In this document: in pieces, positions 21,629-34,143 of the stretch
Layout: each line of letters opens with the position of its first letter
Numbering within the stretch: position 1 is the first letter of the stretch
Assembly (NCBI GenBank): GCA_047495785.1
Contig: JBLDXI010000007.1
Coordinates: 1,984,001 to 2,048,000 of the forward strand
DNA length: 64,000 nucleotides
From: Lepidodermella squamata
Taxonomy: Eukaryota > Animalia > Gastrotricha
Direction: 5' to 3'
Program-made: the position numbers and the translations under genes
The notes under the pieces: generated by a model
Databases searched by the model: none
What the model saw: the letters and a program-made list of their open reading frames with translations, nothing else
What the model was told of the DNA's origin: nothing

Positions 21629-24041
21629 ATGTCGTTCGCGAAGACATTATTCGGTGCCCCGATCGTTTACCCGAAGTTGATTGAAGATGACCCGGTCGAT
21701 AAGGAAGAACACATGAAGTGCCTGATCGAAGTTTGCGAAGAGCCGCAGAAAATGCTCGATTATCACCATCGAATTCAAAAAGAGCTGATTGATGACGATT
21801 TCGAGAAGAGAACCGCATCAGCTGATCAGTTTCGAACTGAAGGCAACGCGCATTTCAGTGAAGGTCGACATGCTGAAGCGCTGAAGTGCTACCATGAGGC
21901 GTTGAAATTCACGCCGAATGATTCAAAGCTGTACACAAACGCGTGTTTGTGCCATTTAGCGATGAAAAATTACGAAGAAGCTGTTGTCGACTCTTTTGCT
22001 TCTTACATTTCGAACCAGTATTGGCCAAAAGCTTACGGATTGTTGATTGCTGCCTATACCCATTTGGGGTAAGTTTTATTTGGAAAATTTGGTTAAAATT
22101 AATCGATTTTCTATAAATAGCTACCCTGATGTTATGGCTGAATATATGGCCTACGGTCAGGGAAATTTTGGTGATGAATTTTGCAAGCAAGCCAACGAAA
22201 AAGTCTTGTCAATTATAAAAGCCGCTGGTGCCAATAAGCCGAAAACTCGTAAATTGGATCGGTCCGATCTGATCGCTACTCTTCAACGATTTTTCCAATC
22301 GAACCACTCGCCTCGGACTTATTCGTTCCTGCTAACTCACATTGTGCAGCACTGCGAGTTTGACGATGATGGAGCGACGGAGAGATTCTTGTACAGCTCA
22401 GATTTTTGCAAGCGCTTACTGCTAATTCCGTACTTCAAGCAGCTATTTTCAACGAATATTGATCTCACAAAAATCGAAATTCAAGACGCGCTGAATTTGA
22501 AACTCACAATTCGTCTCCTCGGCTGCATTTTGATGATGATGGAAGACGTTTCAATCCCACCGATCCTCCTTAATTTCGCCTCGGCCCTGGCACCATTTTG
22601 GACGAAAGAGTACACCCATAAATTGATTGCTAATAACTTGATTCCATTCGGCCGTGAATTGTTCGATTACTTCATTCGATTTATGACGACGATCGCGAGC
22701 TGTAAATCTAGCCGGGTTCAATTTTTCAAATCAACCCAGGTCGTTAATCGACTCGATTGGCTTCTTCGATTACCTGCTGTTTGCTTCGTGATGATGAACC
22801 CGGTTCGTTATGTAGGGTCATATTTCGCCCTGCTGCGACTGATTTGTGTGCTACGAGTTCAAAACTGGTTCTCGGAGCTGGTCGCTAAATGCCCGGAAGC
22901 TGATTTGAACCAGGCTATCACGATTTTCGCGTCATTCGGAATAATCTGCGATCGTTTGATGGACTATGAGCCGTCGAGTCATGGCTGTGGTGATGATTTT
23001 CTACCCGACGAGGCCTATTGCTTATTCTGGGACCGTTCGGCCATAAATGATAAAGCTACGTTTGAAAAAGCTTTGAATATCCCTGAATTATGGATGATGT
23101 TGGCCCGTCGTTTGTCGAAAGACACGAAAGACCCGTCTAGCTCAGCCTGGGTCCTAATGGCCATGGAACACATGCTACATAAATGGGCTTACGAGACCGA
23201 TGATGAGGACCAAAAGCCTCAAGTTGAAAATTGTCTCGAAAACGGGCCCTGGTTCGATATGTTGCTGTTCAGTATTCCGAAATTGATGTGCCCGAAACGG
23301 CGTTATCAAAATACCTATATTTCGGCTGTTACAGTCGGCGCTAGGTTGGCAACGGCCTCGAAAAAATTTGCTGAGCGGCTGATTTCCGAGGTCCCGCTGT
23401 TGAAATTCAACAAATTCATGGATCAAGGAGTAGATGAAGAGGGGGCTCTTCATTTTTTCGCGGTTATGATGCGTGTTATTGATGATAAAACACTCAGTGA
23501 TCTAGTTTTGGATGAAACTGAGGACTTCCATACTGCTTTACAACAAGTTTTCTTGTCGCTGTCTATGGTCGATAGTTGCGATGATGGTGACTACGATGAT
23601 CAAACGATTTACCCGAGTTGCGTTGGTATGACTCGTTTACTCGAGGCCGCGACTCGATTTGTCGCATCTGAGGACGATCGGCTGAAAATGGCTGGTTACG
23701 AAATTCGGAAATTAGTCATCGACGAGATAAAAGAGACCTATGAAACGACGCTACCTCAATTTTTCAACGACTTAATCAACTGGGTCAAACGGCCGGTGAA
23801 TGCGAAAAGCCAGCAGCGTGGTAAATCTGGTAAGGGTAAAAAATCGGGTAAAGGCGGTAAAAATCGTAAGCAAAGCAAAAAGAATGAAAATCACGATGAA
23901 GATCCATTCGGCGATACTGTCCCTCTTCCGGCTGAACTTTCATCGCCGGCTTTGCACAAGTTGTTTGCGAATCTTCAAAGCATCGATCCATTATTCGCCA
24001 AAGTTCTGATGCAAGTCAAAGCGAAACGGCGGCAATTTTGA
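21629..24041 (+). CDS. TPR-ARM paralog 4 (786 aa)
   Basis: Exons 21629-22068 and 22121-24041; 52-nt intron rebuilds AYTHLG-YPD. Shares ENCxENGPWF with paralog 3. Basic GKSGKGKKSGKGGK tract near the C-terminus. Confidence 0.87.
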
Positions 24042-24765
24042 CTTGGTGATATTTTCCACGAGTATTTTCCGATCTGAAACATGACAATCTCGAAACCCCT
24101 GCTGAATAAATGATCTTTCAATGTATTATGATTTGAAATAAAATCAATCAATCTCAACTGGCTATTGAAGATATTTGGTTTTCGTTTCTAGGCTTTTGAA
24201 ATATTTATTTTCAATCGAACTGATTTCAGCTCGAAGATCTCTTACGGAAAATAATGGTATGGACCTTTTCTTTCTTCAACACCTCCTTGTTGAAAGTGAC
24301 AATGCAATTCTCAGCCGAGATTGTAGTAATCAATTTTTTATTGTTATTGGCATCAAATCATCTTTGGGCGTCGAATTTTTAACGGTGAATAAAATTGAAT
24401 TGTTCATTGTGTGGCAACAAACCTTTGGGTTTTTTTCTTTGGAACAATTCACAATATTTTAGAGTAGATTTGTTGCCATTATAAAGCAGGTTTTCTACCC
24501 CAATTTCTAATTAGCCGCTCACTTTCTTTCCAGACCGAAGCTGAAAAGCTGCGACGCAATCAACACGAATATCATTCGACCAGCTCATTAGCAGCCGCAA
24601 TTTATTTCCTCCTGTACGTCTTTTTCTCATCGACCGACTTGCATGCCGATGGTCCTTATTGCATTAACATAACTTATACCAGCCCTGCTTTAATCTCATT
24701 CTAAAAACATTATCGATCACTTCGAGAATTTTAATTTTTTAATTTTCTAGTTTTTACCTTATAAA

Positions 24766-27700
24766 ATGGATCAGTGTTTATTCCATTCATTTTTCGGGCC
24801 GTTTGATTTTGAAGATTTCGTAAAACGGCGAACCCAGCAGAAACAGTTTGACTGGTTTTTATACGACATGCCCGGCGCGTTGGATGCCATTGGCAAGTTG
24901 AATTTGGCCTCAGATGCCGATGAACTGGTCGAAAGTCTTCAAGACGACTGTATTCAGGAGGATGAAATGGAGGAAACTGAGGAATTTTTTGCTTCAATGG
25001 AAAACGCTACTAGAGCTTTTAATTCGTCGCAATTTCCGAAGGCCTTGTCGCTTTATGGGAAAGCGCGTGAAATTTGCCCATTGTTACCTGAGGTCTACGC
25101 CAAACTATCGGTTACCTTCTCAAAAAATGACCAGCACGAACAGGCCGTGGCGTGTGCGATTGCTGCGTTCATGCTCGACCCACATGACATGGAAGCCGAA
25201 TCGATGTATGCGATGGCTTATACGAAAATGGGCTACATCGATATGGGCAGTAAATTTATCAGCGAGTGCCCGAATAGTGAGGAGGCGAGTTTTGTGAAAT
25301 CTTTGATCAAATCAATGCCGCCGGGTCATAGAAGGCTGTTGGACGATGCGGATTTGAAAGCGACCTTGGAGAATTTGATCAAATGCTCAGAATCGAACGA
25401 AGCGAGCGCTCTCAGGTAAAATCGCGTTTTGATTATTTATTTTGATTGTTATTGACGACACCATGGAAACTGACCAAAACAGAAAAATAATTGATGCTCC
25501 AAATTCCGAATGATAAATAGCGAAATAGAAAATATTTTTAGAAATTTAAAAATCCTCCTTAAGAAATTACATTTTTGTACAATCTCGAAACATTTTATCG
25601 AAAGCATTGAAATTCTATGTTTTATAATTGGCAATTATATGAAAAAAAACGAAACACCAATTTATTACTGAAATTTTACTTGTGAAAGTTTGGAAAATAC
25701 TGAAAACCGGTGACTCATTTCTAATCAATTTTTTCTTGAAAAAATATTTTATTTATATTTATATTTTATTTTATATTTTATTAAACCGCGGAAAAGCAAA
25801 GTAAAAAAATTGATGAGAAAATCAGTAAATCCTCCTTGAAATATTTCTCTAATATTTTCGGATTTCCAAATGACCAAATGACCAAATGAATCAGTTTTAT
25901 TTTTCGTCCTCCGTAGGCATGTGATGTTAATATTAGAGAGTAGAAAAAAGGCCTTACCCGTGAGGGTTTAGGGGACGGCTGATGACAGGCGATCGGCTTC
26001 AGGGGCCGACAGATCGGTCGCGAACAACCTGCTTTTGCCCAAAAATTCATAATTTTCGATGCTATTACACACTAATTGCCATTCATCCCGATCTCTGGCA
26101 TTTATTTCCGCTAATTCTAGATCCGCAATTTTGTGAATTTCAGTGCGTCGCATTAACAGGGTCGACTTACGAGGTCTCCCGCGTCTAACTGGCTCGTTTG
26201 GGTTTTTAATATATTTCACATGAATATCGAACAAACCAATTTTAAGAAGACTCCTTTTCAAGCTATCGGTCCAGCGGGTTGGCGGTTTACCGCGAGGCAA
26301 GTACCAACTCGGGTCGACCGCTTTCCAATGATATATGGCATTCGTGAGACTTTCAGTGTCATACTCGTCTTGGCGAATAATGTGCCCGAAATATTTCAAA
26401 CGATGCTTTTCAATCATTTTACTTAATTCCATAACGTCACAGATCAATCTAATATCGATGTTAGGTATATAATCTGTTCTAAAAAATCCCATAATGGTTC
26501 TGAGCCAGCGCATGAAAGTGACATTTAACCTTTGTTCCTGCTTAGTAGTTAGGTTCCAGGTTTCACAGGCGTAGGTGACGGTAGGAATTACCACACATTT
26601 TAAAACTTTCAATTTTGTGGCTAGGCTTATATGTTTTCTGTTACACATCAGCTTGTTAAGAGCACCAAAACAGCTACCAGCCTTCGCTAGGCGAGCTTTG
26701 ATTTCCTCGTCCATTTTACCGTCTGATGTGATTATGCTACCTAAATATTTAAAAGATGTAACTTTCTCCAATAATTTTCCATCTAGTTCCAGTTGATAAT
26801 TGTTTCGGATTTCCTCCAGTCATAATTTTTATTAGTACTACCCCGCAGGGGCACTACTAGGTTATTAGGGTCGGCGCAAAACGTTTTATTGCTGCGAGTG
26901 TGTTATTTCGAGTCATGATGGCTTTGCACGTTCTTACTAGTCATTAACCCGCTAGCGTAAATCATGACCACCTATTATTGCCTGCGTTTCTACGTTGTAG
27001 CTACAAAATTGATGCTTTTATCTCGACATAATGTATTTTCCTTTCATATAGATGTATGTTCTTGCTGTACCACATTCGCTACCACCACTGGCTACGTGTC
27101 GACTCTCAGGCGAAAATTGCGCAATATCTAGTCCGTTTTCTAGCCGAAAGTGCGCTTATCAAAGAAATCTGTGCTACCGCCGTGAAAAATCTCGAAAAAG
27201 TCACTCATCTATCTCATTGCGTCCTGTACTCGCTGTTCAGTTTACTGGCCGACATTTGCCGAAGCGATGAAGCAACTTGCGCCCTCCTCTGGTCTGCTAA
27301 AGCCGTTCGCATTTTTCTGGCGAATATCGGCATCCAAATTTCGCGTGATAAAATCCTGATCGAAACCGTGACAACCACCGGCAATTTCGGCCGTGGTGTT
27401 GTTCTTAGCTACATCGATTTGATCGCAGCGTTGATGCAGCACCCGAAAGTTCGGTCTGAAATGTGTAAAATTCAACCGTTTTCTGAGGTTCTGTGGTACG
27501 GATTGATTCATGGGATCTACCTCCGGCTCGGCAATGACGAGTTGTTCCATCATGAGTCGAAAATCGAGAGAAAATTGCCAGTTCTATGCCCGGCTTGTAC
27601 CGAGGGAAAATTACCACCGCAGTCCAAGTACCATTCTTTCCTCGATTTTTACTTCGACTGCGACGAGCCCGGGCCTTCGTTCGATTTTTTCGGGAAGTTA

Positions 27701-30700
27701 TTCCCGGTATTTCCGATGCTGGTCGAGCAGTGTGGAATTACGACTAGCATGGAGACGTATGCGATGAACAGCCTTGAATACACGACTCACGTGTTCGCGC
27801 TTCTCAGTGCTATTGGATTATTCGTCAAAATGGACGATCGCAATCGGCTGACGAAGAGCTGCACAATGATGACGAATTGTAAGTATAATTTTTCCTAAAT
27901 GAAAATGTTCGCGATCCAATGAAAGCTTAGCACTCGTCATCTAAAAATATCTGGTTGATAAAATTGAGATAAAATTGAGAATTGAGGAAAAATGTACGGA
28001 GCCAGGTGTTTGATCAGAGTTGCCATCAGGTCCGAAATTCAAGACCCGGCCGCTATTAAAAGCCTATCAATTTGTTTCTAGTCCTTTCATGGTATTTTCT
28101 TTGACGTTTTTGTAGCAAGATTAACAAAAAAATGTTCCAATTTTGCGAAAAATGTTCAAATATTAACAATATAGGAACGTTTTTTCAGTCCCTTGACATC
28201 GTTTAGGCATTTTGCATCAATTACCTGGTTTGGCACATAAAGGTTGAGGTTCAGTGGGAAGTGGGAACCCGGGAATTAAAAAGATATTCAAGTCAACGGC
28301 CTTGGGGTGTGAAACAAGAGAGGTTGGCTTCACAGCTCACTCACTTTGGCTCCGATTTTCCAGGTTCTCAAACCGTTGGAAGGCCATGCTCAAACACCGG
28401 GGTGGGAGAAAAAGAGGGGTAAGCACTGTCATCTTTATTCAAGCCAGTACGGCCATACCAGGCATAGTGGATATCGGGGCCAAGACCCAAAACATCATCG
28501 TTACCTTCGCCTTCGCCTTCACCAAACTCATCCATCGCATTGACAAGAGCGAAATCGTAGGTCGTTTCGTTCGTCGAAGTCGTATCGTTCGTGGCAACAC
28601 CACAAGTCGACTGTCATCGAAAGCAGCGGTCTTCAGACGCGACTGGTCGAAAGCAGTGGGCTGGGCGGGCGGGTCGTGGGCGTCTCAGCTACATAGGCAG
28701 CAGCATCAGCGGCGGACTTGTAGACCCGTCGGTCGCGACTCGGTTGCCACTGCCGAGGACCACGGTAAGCGTCTTCGTGGTTCGCTGATCGAGCTCCACG
28801 ACCATTTCGGCTCATTCCACGAAACGAGTCGTTCAGGCGTCTAGGTGCTAAACGAGGCTTGAAAGAAGTGCGCAAGTTACGGGGCAAGTAGAGCGGGTAG
28901 CCCTCATCATCAAATGATGGCTTTCAACAAGCACCGAAGTAGTGCCCAATCTTACCGCATCCAAAGCAGGTAATATCTGACTTACGGCAGGTCGTACAAC
29001 CAGGCCAGATGTCCGCAACGGGCATTAACTGCGGCGTTGGTGCCACCGGGATCCACCGCCTGGGTGGTTTTAGCGGACTAGGCGATGGCGTATTTGGCGA
29101 TGGCGACAGCTTGGATCGCTTGGATCTTCTTCGTACAAACTCAGTACGTTTTCGAATGTTTTCACATTCGTCATCCAATGCTAAAATTTATCCGCATAAT
29201 TTCAATAATAAGTCCGGCAGGGGGCGATGGCTTCATACGCGATGGGCCACTAGTAATTTTCCTCCGCTCATCGATTGGGCGACCAGGTTCGACAGGTTCG
29301 ATTGGTTCAACTGGGCGACCAGGTTCGATTGGGCGACCAGGTTCGACAGGTTCGATCGCATCGATGTTGAGGGAACGCAACCGTGAATTCGTAGAATCGC
29401 TCACATGACATCGGAAAGAGTCCCATACCAACAGACGCGGCTTCGCAATGGCGGCACCGAACACTCTACCGAATGTTCGTTGCAAGTACTTGGCGGTAAT
29501 CGCATCATCAAACCACACGGTTCCTAGAAAAAGTCAGGAGAAATTAAAAAAAAAATTAAATTCAAAAGAATCACAACAGCCACTCCACCGCAAATACATT
29601 TTTTAAACGTATTCGGTCACATGTCAGTGAGACTGATTGGTTAAATGTTTCGTTTTCCAATTCGACCGTGAAGCATAACTTCATTTTTTCCGCTTGTCAA
29701 GAAAACAGCATTAGCTGAATCACGCCGGCCCGGCAGCTATGAAACGGATAAATGGGTCCCTGAGCGATTGCTGCGACCGCCTCGATATCAACGTTTTCGT
29801 ACCGCACTAATAGTTATATCTATGAGAGCATTGGAAAGATTTTTTAGACGGCCCTCCACTGCTATCAGTTTCGGGTCGAACCCATGATATATTCATAGTT
29901 GTCACTTGAACGATGCGTTAACCATACCTGCTCGAAGGCGACTTGGTTTTTTAGTCAAGAAGTTGAGCCTATGTTTTGAACTACAATGATTTTGCATGAC
30001 CTTGGGTTTCACGGTCTTGAGCCCGTTGATAGAGGGCTTTGCCGGGCTTGGGCGACGAGAATTTGGCAGGGAAGCGTTTCCTTTCGCCACTACTTTTACC
30101 GAAGATGACACGTAACCATGTGGTTATTCCTGCGACCTATCGTTGCATAGGTTTTCCTTCCTGCAGCATGCAACGGTATTGTTATCTTTCCTTGACAAGG
30201 TTCTTGCAGCAGTTTCAGGAAACTGGCTGCGGAAACGTGAACGCACACATTGGGGAACAGCTTCATAACTTCATTCTTCAGGAAGTAATGGGAATTATTG
30301 AATTTGACATGATGGAATTTTGGAATCATTTTTTGGGCGGGTCGAGGCATTTTACGTTTTCATCGTTTGAGCATCAAACCGCAGTTTCCGATTTGATTTC
30401 ACGTATTCATTATTGTTATTGATAACACTTTATTTTCTCTTAGTTTGGCTGAAAATCACCGGCTCCAAGCGCATTGCTAGTTCCTGCAGCGCCGATGTAT
30501 GGTTTTTCCTCGCGAAAAAGCTGTCGCTGTTCCATTCAGAACCTGAAAATCTGAAAGACTTCAAAGCTGATCTCAATAAAACCCTGGATATTATGCTCAA
30601 CCTGGCTGCTGTCGACGATATTGACGAAATTCCGCACATTGAAAGGTGTTGGCTGGCTCTAACCGGAGCGTTGTACCGCTTCGTCGACTGCATAAATGCT

Positions 30701-31372
30701 CCTAAATCGACACCGGCTTCTTTTCTTACCGAAATTTCGATCAAATCTCTTAATATAATGACGCATTTGTGCGCGAAATCGGCGAAATTTGCTCAGCAAT
30801 TTATCACCAATCCGAAGGTGTCGGCCCACCAACTCGTAATGTGGTGCACACCTTTCTCACAAAAACGAGAACAATCAGCGAATTGCTCTTATTCACTCAA
30901 ACTCCTGGCAGCAATTCTGAAAACTATACCTAACTATGCGGACAATTTAGTGAGAAAAATTCCCGATGTTGTATCAAACATGATTGTTGAACTCGTATTT
31001 TGCATTGCAACGAAATCGAAAAATCTCGATTTTATCGCATCTGGCTGTTTGGTACTGTCTCGGCTGATAAAATCATCGGAAAAATCTCGCAACCTTCTCG
31101 CAAAGTCGCTGAAATCTTGCTCTGTTAAGGCGGATGCTTTGATGGAAAAATTGTTCGGATTTATCGCATCGCCTAGCAGTTATCCTGATGCGAAGAAAAT
31201 GCCGAAAAGCGATTTGACGATGGTTACAATGACGATTGTTACGTTTTTACCCTTACTTATCGAGATGGAAGAAAATTGCCGTAAAATCATGTGGAACGAT
31301 TCCAAATTCCGAGCTGCCCGGAAGCGTCTTTCTGCTGATCTGCACGATGAAACGAATGCAATCAAAGCCTAA
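24766..31372 (+). CDS. TPR-ARM paralog 5 (801 aa)
   Basis: Exons 24766-25415, 27052-27878 and 30444-31372. Junctions give ALR-CMFLLYH and MTN-FWLKIT (family FW motif). Degenerate TPR; DDADLKATL family motif. Confidence 0.8.
25745..26820 (-). mobile_element. 5'-truncated RTE-clade LINE (RT C-terminus, 3' UTR and A-rich tail) in intron 1 of paralog 5
   Basis: LDGKLLEKVTSFKYLGSII...IKARLAKA...TYACETW...RLKYFGHI.R...PRGKPPTRWTD. Minus-strand (TAAAA/TATAAAA)n tail at ~25745-25782. Confidence 0.9.
28633..29178 (-). mobile_element. Gag-like fragment with CCHC zinc knuckle
   Basis: CFGCGKIGHYFGAC (C-X2-C-X4-H-X4-C) after a Pro/Ser-rich segment, in intron 2 of paralog 5. Confidence 0.65.
29270..29358 (-). 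repeat. 9-bp-unit minisatellite encoding (I/V)EP / GRP repeats
   Basis: Units ggttcgaca / ggttcgatt / gggcgacca; minus strand reads IEPVEPGRPIEPGRPVEPIEPVEPGRPID. Confidence 0.8.
29362..29525 (-). mobile_element. pogo/Tigger-family DDE_1 transposase fragment
   Basis: WFDDAITAKYLQRTF...RLLVWDSFRCH matches the second catalytic Asp motif of pogo transposases. Confidence 0.8.
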
Positions 31373-31491
31373 TAATTACCGAACGAAGACAAAAAACATT
31401 ATAGCTGATGAATCATATTTAGCATGTCAACATATTGTTTGCATTTTTGAAGATTTTTTCATTAATTTATTTAGTTATTTTCTTATTAAAA

Positions 31492-33909
31492 ATGGCTGAC
31501 TATGATGAAGAATTTGAACTCCCATTTTGCGGGGTGTACACGAACGATGACGACGGTATCGCAGAGGCGATGACTGATATCACGTCAGAGGACGATGTTT
31601 TCGAGTTTCGATCCACCCTAACGTCGTGTCTCGCCGACCAATACACCGGCCGCATAAATACGTCGAAAGCGCTGGAAAAGGCTGAGCATTATTTCAGAGA
31701 AGAACGTTTCGAAGATGCTGTGAAAGAATTCAACCGTGTTATGAAAAGCAATGCAACTTACATGGCCGCCTATCTTGGTCTTATCAATTCCTATGCCTGC
31801 CTTAACCGATGTGAAGATGGGTTCGCTGTAGCTCTAGCTGGCACTCGGACTGTTGCTTACGAAGAACACTGGGAACAAACCTATCGCCTTCAAATCGCTA
31901 TGTTATACGCTCATATGGGCTATGTGAAGAAGGCGTTGGATCAAGTTGCAACTTCTAGAAAGGAATTGGCTGCAGAGAAGAAGAAGCCATTGCCTAAGGA
32001 TGAAAGAGAAAGTCGCGAAAAAATTTGCAGGGCGGTTGAAATGATTGCGCAAAACAACCAAGGAAATCGCGTACTGGACACTCTAGATCTTGAACATACC
32101 CTTGCAACTTTAACTAATCCCAAAACTAGCCAAAGCCCATCGACCTGCGCATTTTTGATTCACCACCTTAACGAACACAAAAAGGTAGCTTCAAGTTCCG
32201 GCAGTTTTTGGGCAAAACTCGAAAAGGCTGGCGTTTTCTCGAAAGTTGAGTCTATTCATGCGTTGAAAGTCGCCTTCACTCGAGCTGATTTTCGGCGTTG
32301 GTCCCTTGCCGAATGTACGCTGATTTGCGAATTTTTCGACCTAGTCTACGCCGATCATCGCGAAGAAGAGAGATTGTACGAAATTCTGTTCGAGCAACCC
32401 GTTGTCAAAACTTTCCTAATCAATTTTGGCCAGACTTTGACCGCCTCTGATACGTTGATTTTCCTCGCTCATCAATCTACAGTTATTCACTTCGACATTA
32501 TTTCGTCTTGGCTTCAATTTTTATTGGCTGTTAGCGAGAAAAAATTCGATGATAAACGAGCGGATTTCTTCAATCAACGGCCTTTCAACAACATTTATTG
32601 GCTATCGAAATTGCTGTATTGCTCAACTGTCGGCATGTTTGGGTCGGTATCGGAACAATTGACCAATATCCATCGCAGCTTTTTCGGGAGGGCTCGAAAT
32701 ACTTACGTTGAATCTCTTCGCCTATTCGAGTTCATTTCCCAAAACGAACCGTGGTTTTCAGACGAAGTCAAACGAATGAACCCTCAGACGTTGCTTGAAA
32801 CGCTGAATTTTCTCGATCTGACCCTGCATTTAAATTTCTATGGTTGGAACAGTATGTCGCTCCAGCCTCCGATTGAAAAAATGATGGAGTTGTCCAATAT
32901 GAGGCGGGATATTGGCTACTCGCCGAGACGATCGCTTGATTTGTACGAAAAATTACTGAATCAAAATCGCGAATTTCTGGTGCCGATTTGCCGCCAAAGA
33001 CCTGGTTTGTGGACGCATTTGTCGCAGAGATTGACCTTTTTCGCGAAAAATTTGGACAATTTTATCGACGATACTCTTCTTGATCTACGCAGTACTTTCA
33101 ATGTTCTCATTATGTTATGCGAAATCGGGCAAAATGTCGAAGCGGATGCTTTTGTAGAAGACAGTGATTTTGAAGATGCGATCGTGAAATCCTGCCATTT
33201 AATTATGGGTCAAAAATTCGAGAAGCCTATCGAAGCTCTGGCTGGTTTAAAGGCTCAAGTTGTTCGACTAATTGTTGGCCTGAACGCCTTGAATCCCGAA
33301 ATTGCGGCTCAGATGGCGAAAGATTCGAAGCATTGCCGAGTTTTCCAGTGTTTTCTCGACCTGCCTGATTATGTACCGATCTCGGCGAAATATTTCCTGC
33401 TCATGGTGACTCATGCGGAGAAAAACTGGATCGCCTCTTTGGCAAAACACCCTAGGATGAACAATTTTCTGGCGAAATTGCTCAATTTTGTCTACGAATT
33501 CAAGGAATATCCGAAAAAAGAAATCGCTGATGTCTGCATGTGTTTGACGAAAACGATTTCACGGAAGCCTGAAATTGTCAGCCGGGAAGTATTGATGGAG
33601 GCTGTTCTGTTTTCTCTATTCGAAGAACCTCAAAAAGTCGTCGCTAAGTTGTCTGCAATGATTCGGCCGACTCGTCGGGCCAGAAGAGCGAAGAAGGAAG
33701 CGGCTGTCGCTGAAAATTCGACTCCAGCTGCTGCTGAACCTCTACCGATTCTACCTCTGAGTGCTGGGTTTCTTTTAGCTGCCTTGGTTCGAAAAGATTC
33801 GACATTTCGCGAGGCTCTTGATGAGGAAAATAGCTTATTTGGACCGGTTTCTGATGAATATCGAAAACTTATTGAAAAAGCCGTTGAACATCCTAGTGTT
33901 GCGTGCTAA
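31492..33909 (+). CDS. TPR-ARM paralog 6 (805 aa, intronless)
   Basis: Degenerate TPR (KAEHYFREERFEDAVKEF), YAHMGY, DLEHTLATL, PFNNIYW, EPWF and RPGLW family motifs. ATG is at 31492. Confidence 0.82.
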   Translation: MADYDEEFELPFCGVYTNDDDGIAEAMTDITSEDDVFEFRSTLTSCLADQYTGRINTSKALEKAEHYFREERFEDAVKEFNRVMKSNATYMAAYLGLINSYACLNRCEDGFAVALAGTRTVAYEEHWEQTYRLQIAMLYAHMGYVKKALDQVATSRKELAAEKKKPLPKDERESREKICRAVEMIAQNNQGNRVLDTLDLEHTLATLTNPKTSQSPSTCAFLIHHLNEHKKVASSSGSFWAKLEKAGVFSKVESIHALKVAFTRADFRRWSLAECTLICEFFDLVYADHREEERLYEILFEQPVVKTFLINFGQTLTASDTLIFLAHQSTVIHFDIISSWLQFLLAVSEKKFDDKRADFFNQRPFNNIYWLSKLLYCSTVGMFGSVSEQLTNIHRSFFGRARNTYVESLRLFEFISQNEPWFSDEVKRMNPQTLLETLNFLDLTLHLNFYGWNSMSLQPPIEKMMELSNMRRDIGYSPRRSLDLYEKLLNQNREFLVPICRQRPGLWTHLSQRLTFFAKNLDNFIDDTLLDLRSTFNVLIMLCEIGQNVEADAFVEDSDFEDAIVKSCHLIMGQKFEKPIEALAGLKAQVVRLIVGLNALNPEIAAQMAKDSKHCRVFQCFLDLPDYVPISAKYFLLMVTHAEKNWIASLAKHPRMNNFLAKLLNFVYEFKEYPKKEIADVCMCLTKTISRKPEIVSREVLMEAVLFSLFEEPQKVVAKLSAMIRPTRRARRAKKEAAVAENSTPAAAEPLPILPLSAGFLLAALVRKDSTFREALDEENSLFGPVSDEYRKLIEKAVEHPSVAC

Positions 33910-34143
33910 ACTTTTTCATAGCTGTTTGATTACAGAGCCATATTATTCAGAAAAATAAAATATAGTGCAATTGAAAATTTAATTTATATCTGATTTTTAA
34001 ATTGGAGGGAAATTGTTTTTTTAAGGAATTTTACCGAAAATCGGGCTTTTATTAAGGCGGGTTTTTTTAATTTATCGCAAATTTCAGTGATTTTCTTTCA
34101 TTTAAAATTGAATTATCGTTGAAATTTAGGTTTTTATTTCACA

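Noticed and set aside
24460-24705. Possible relic TPR exon (TEAEKLRRNQHEY after ctttccag)
   Set aside because: Similarity limited to about 10 residues and no other family motif follows.
29270-29358. Repeat array as a CRISPR-like locus
   Set aside because: Contiguous 9-bp units with no unique spacers, no cas genes and a eukaryotic context; it is a coding minisatellite.
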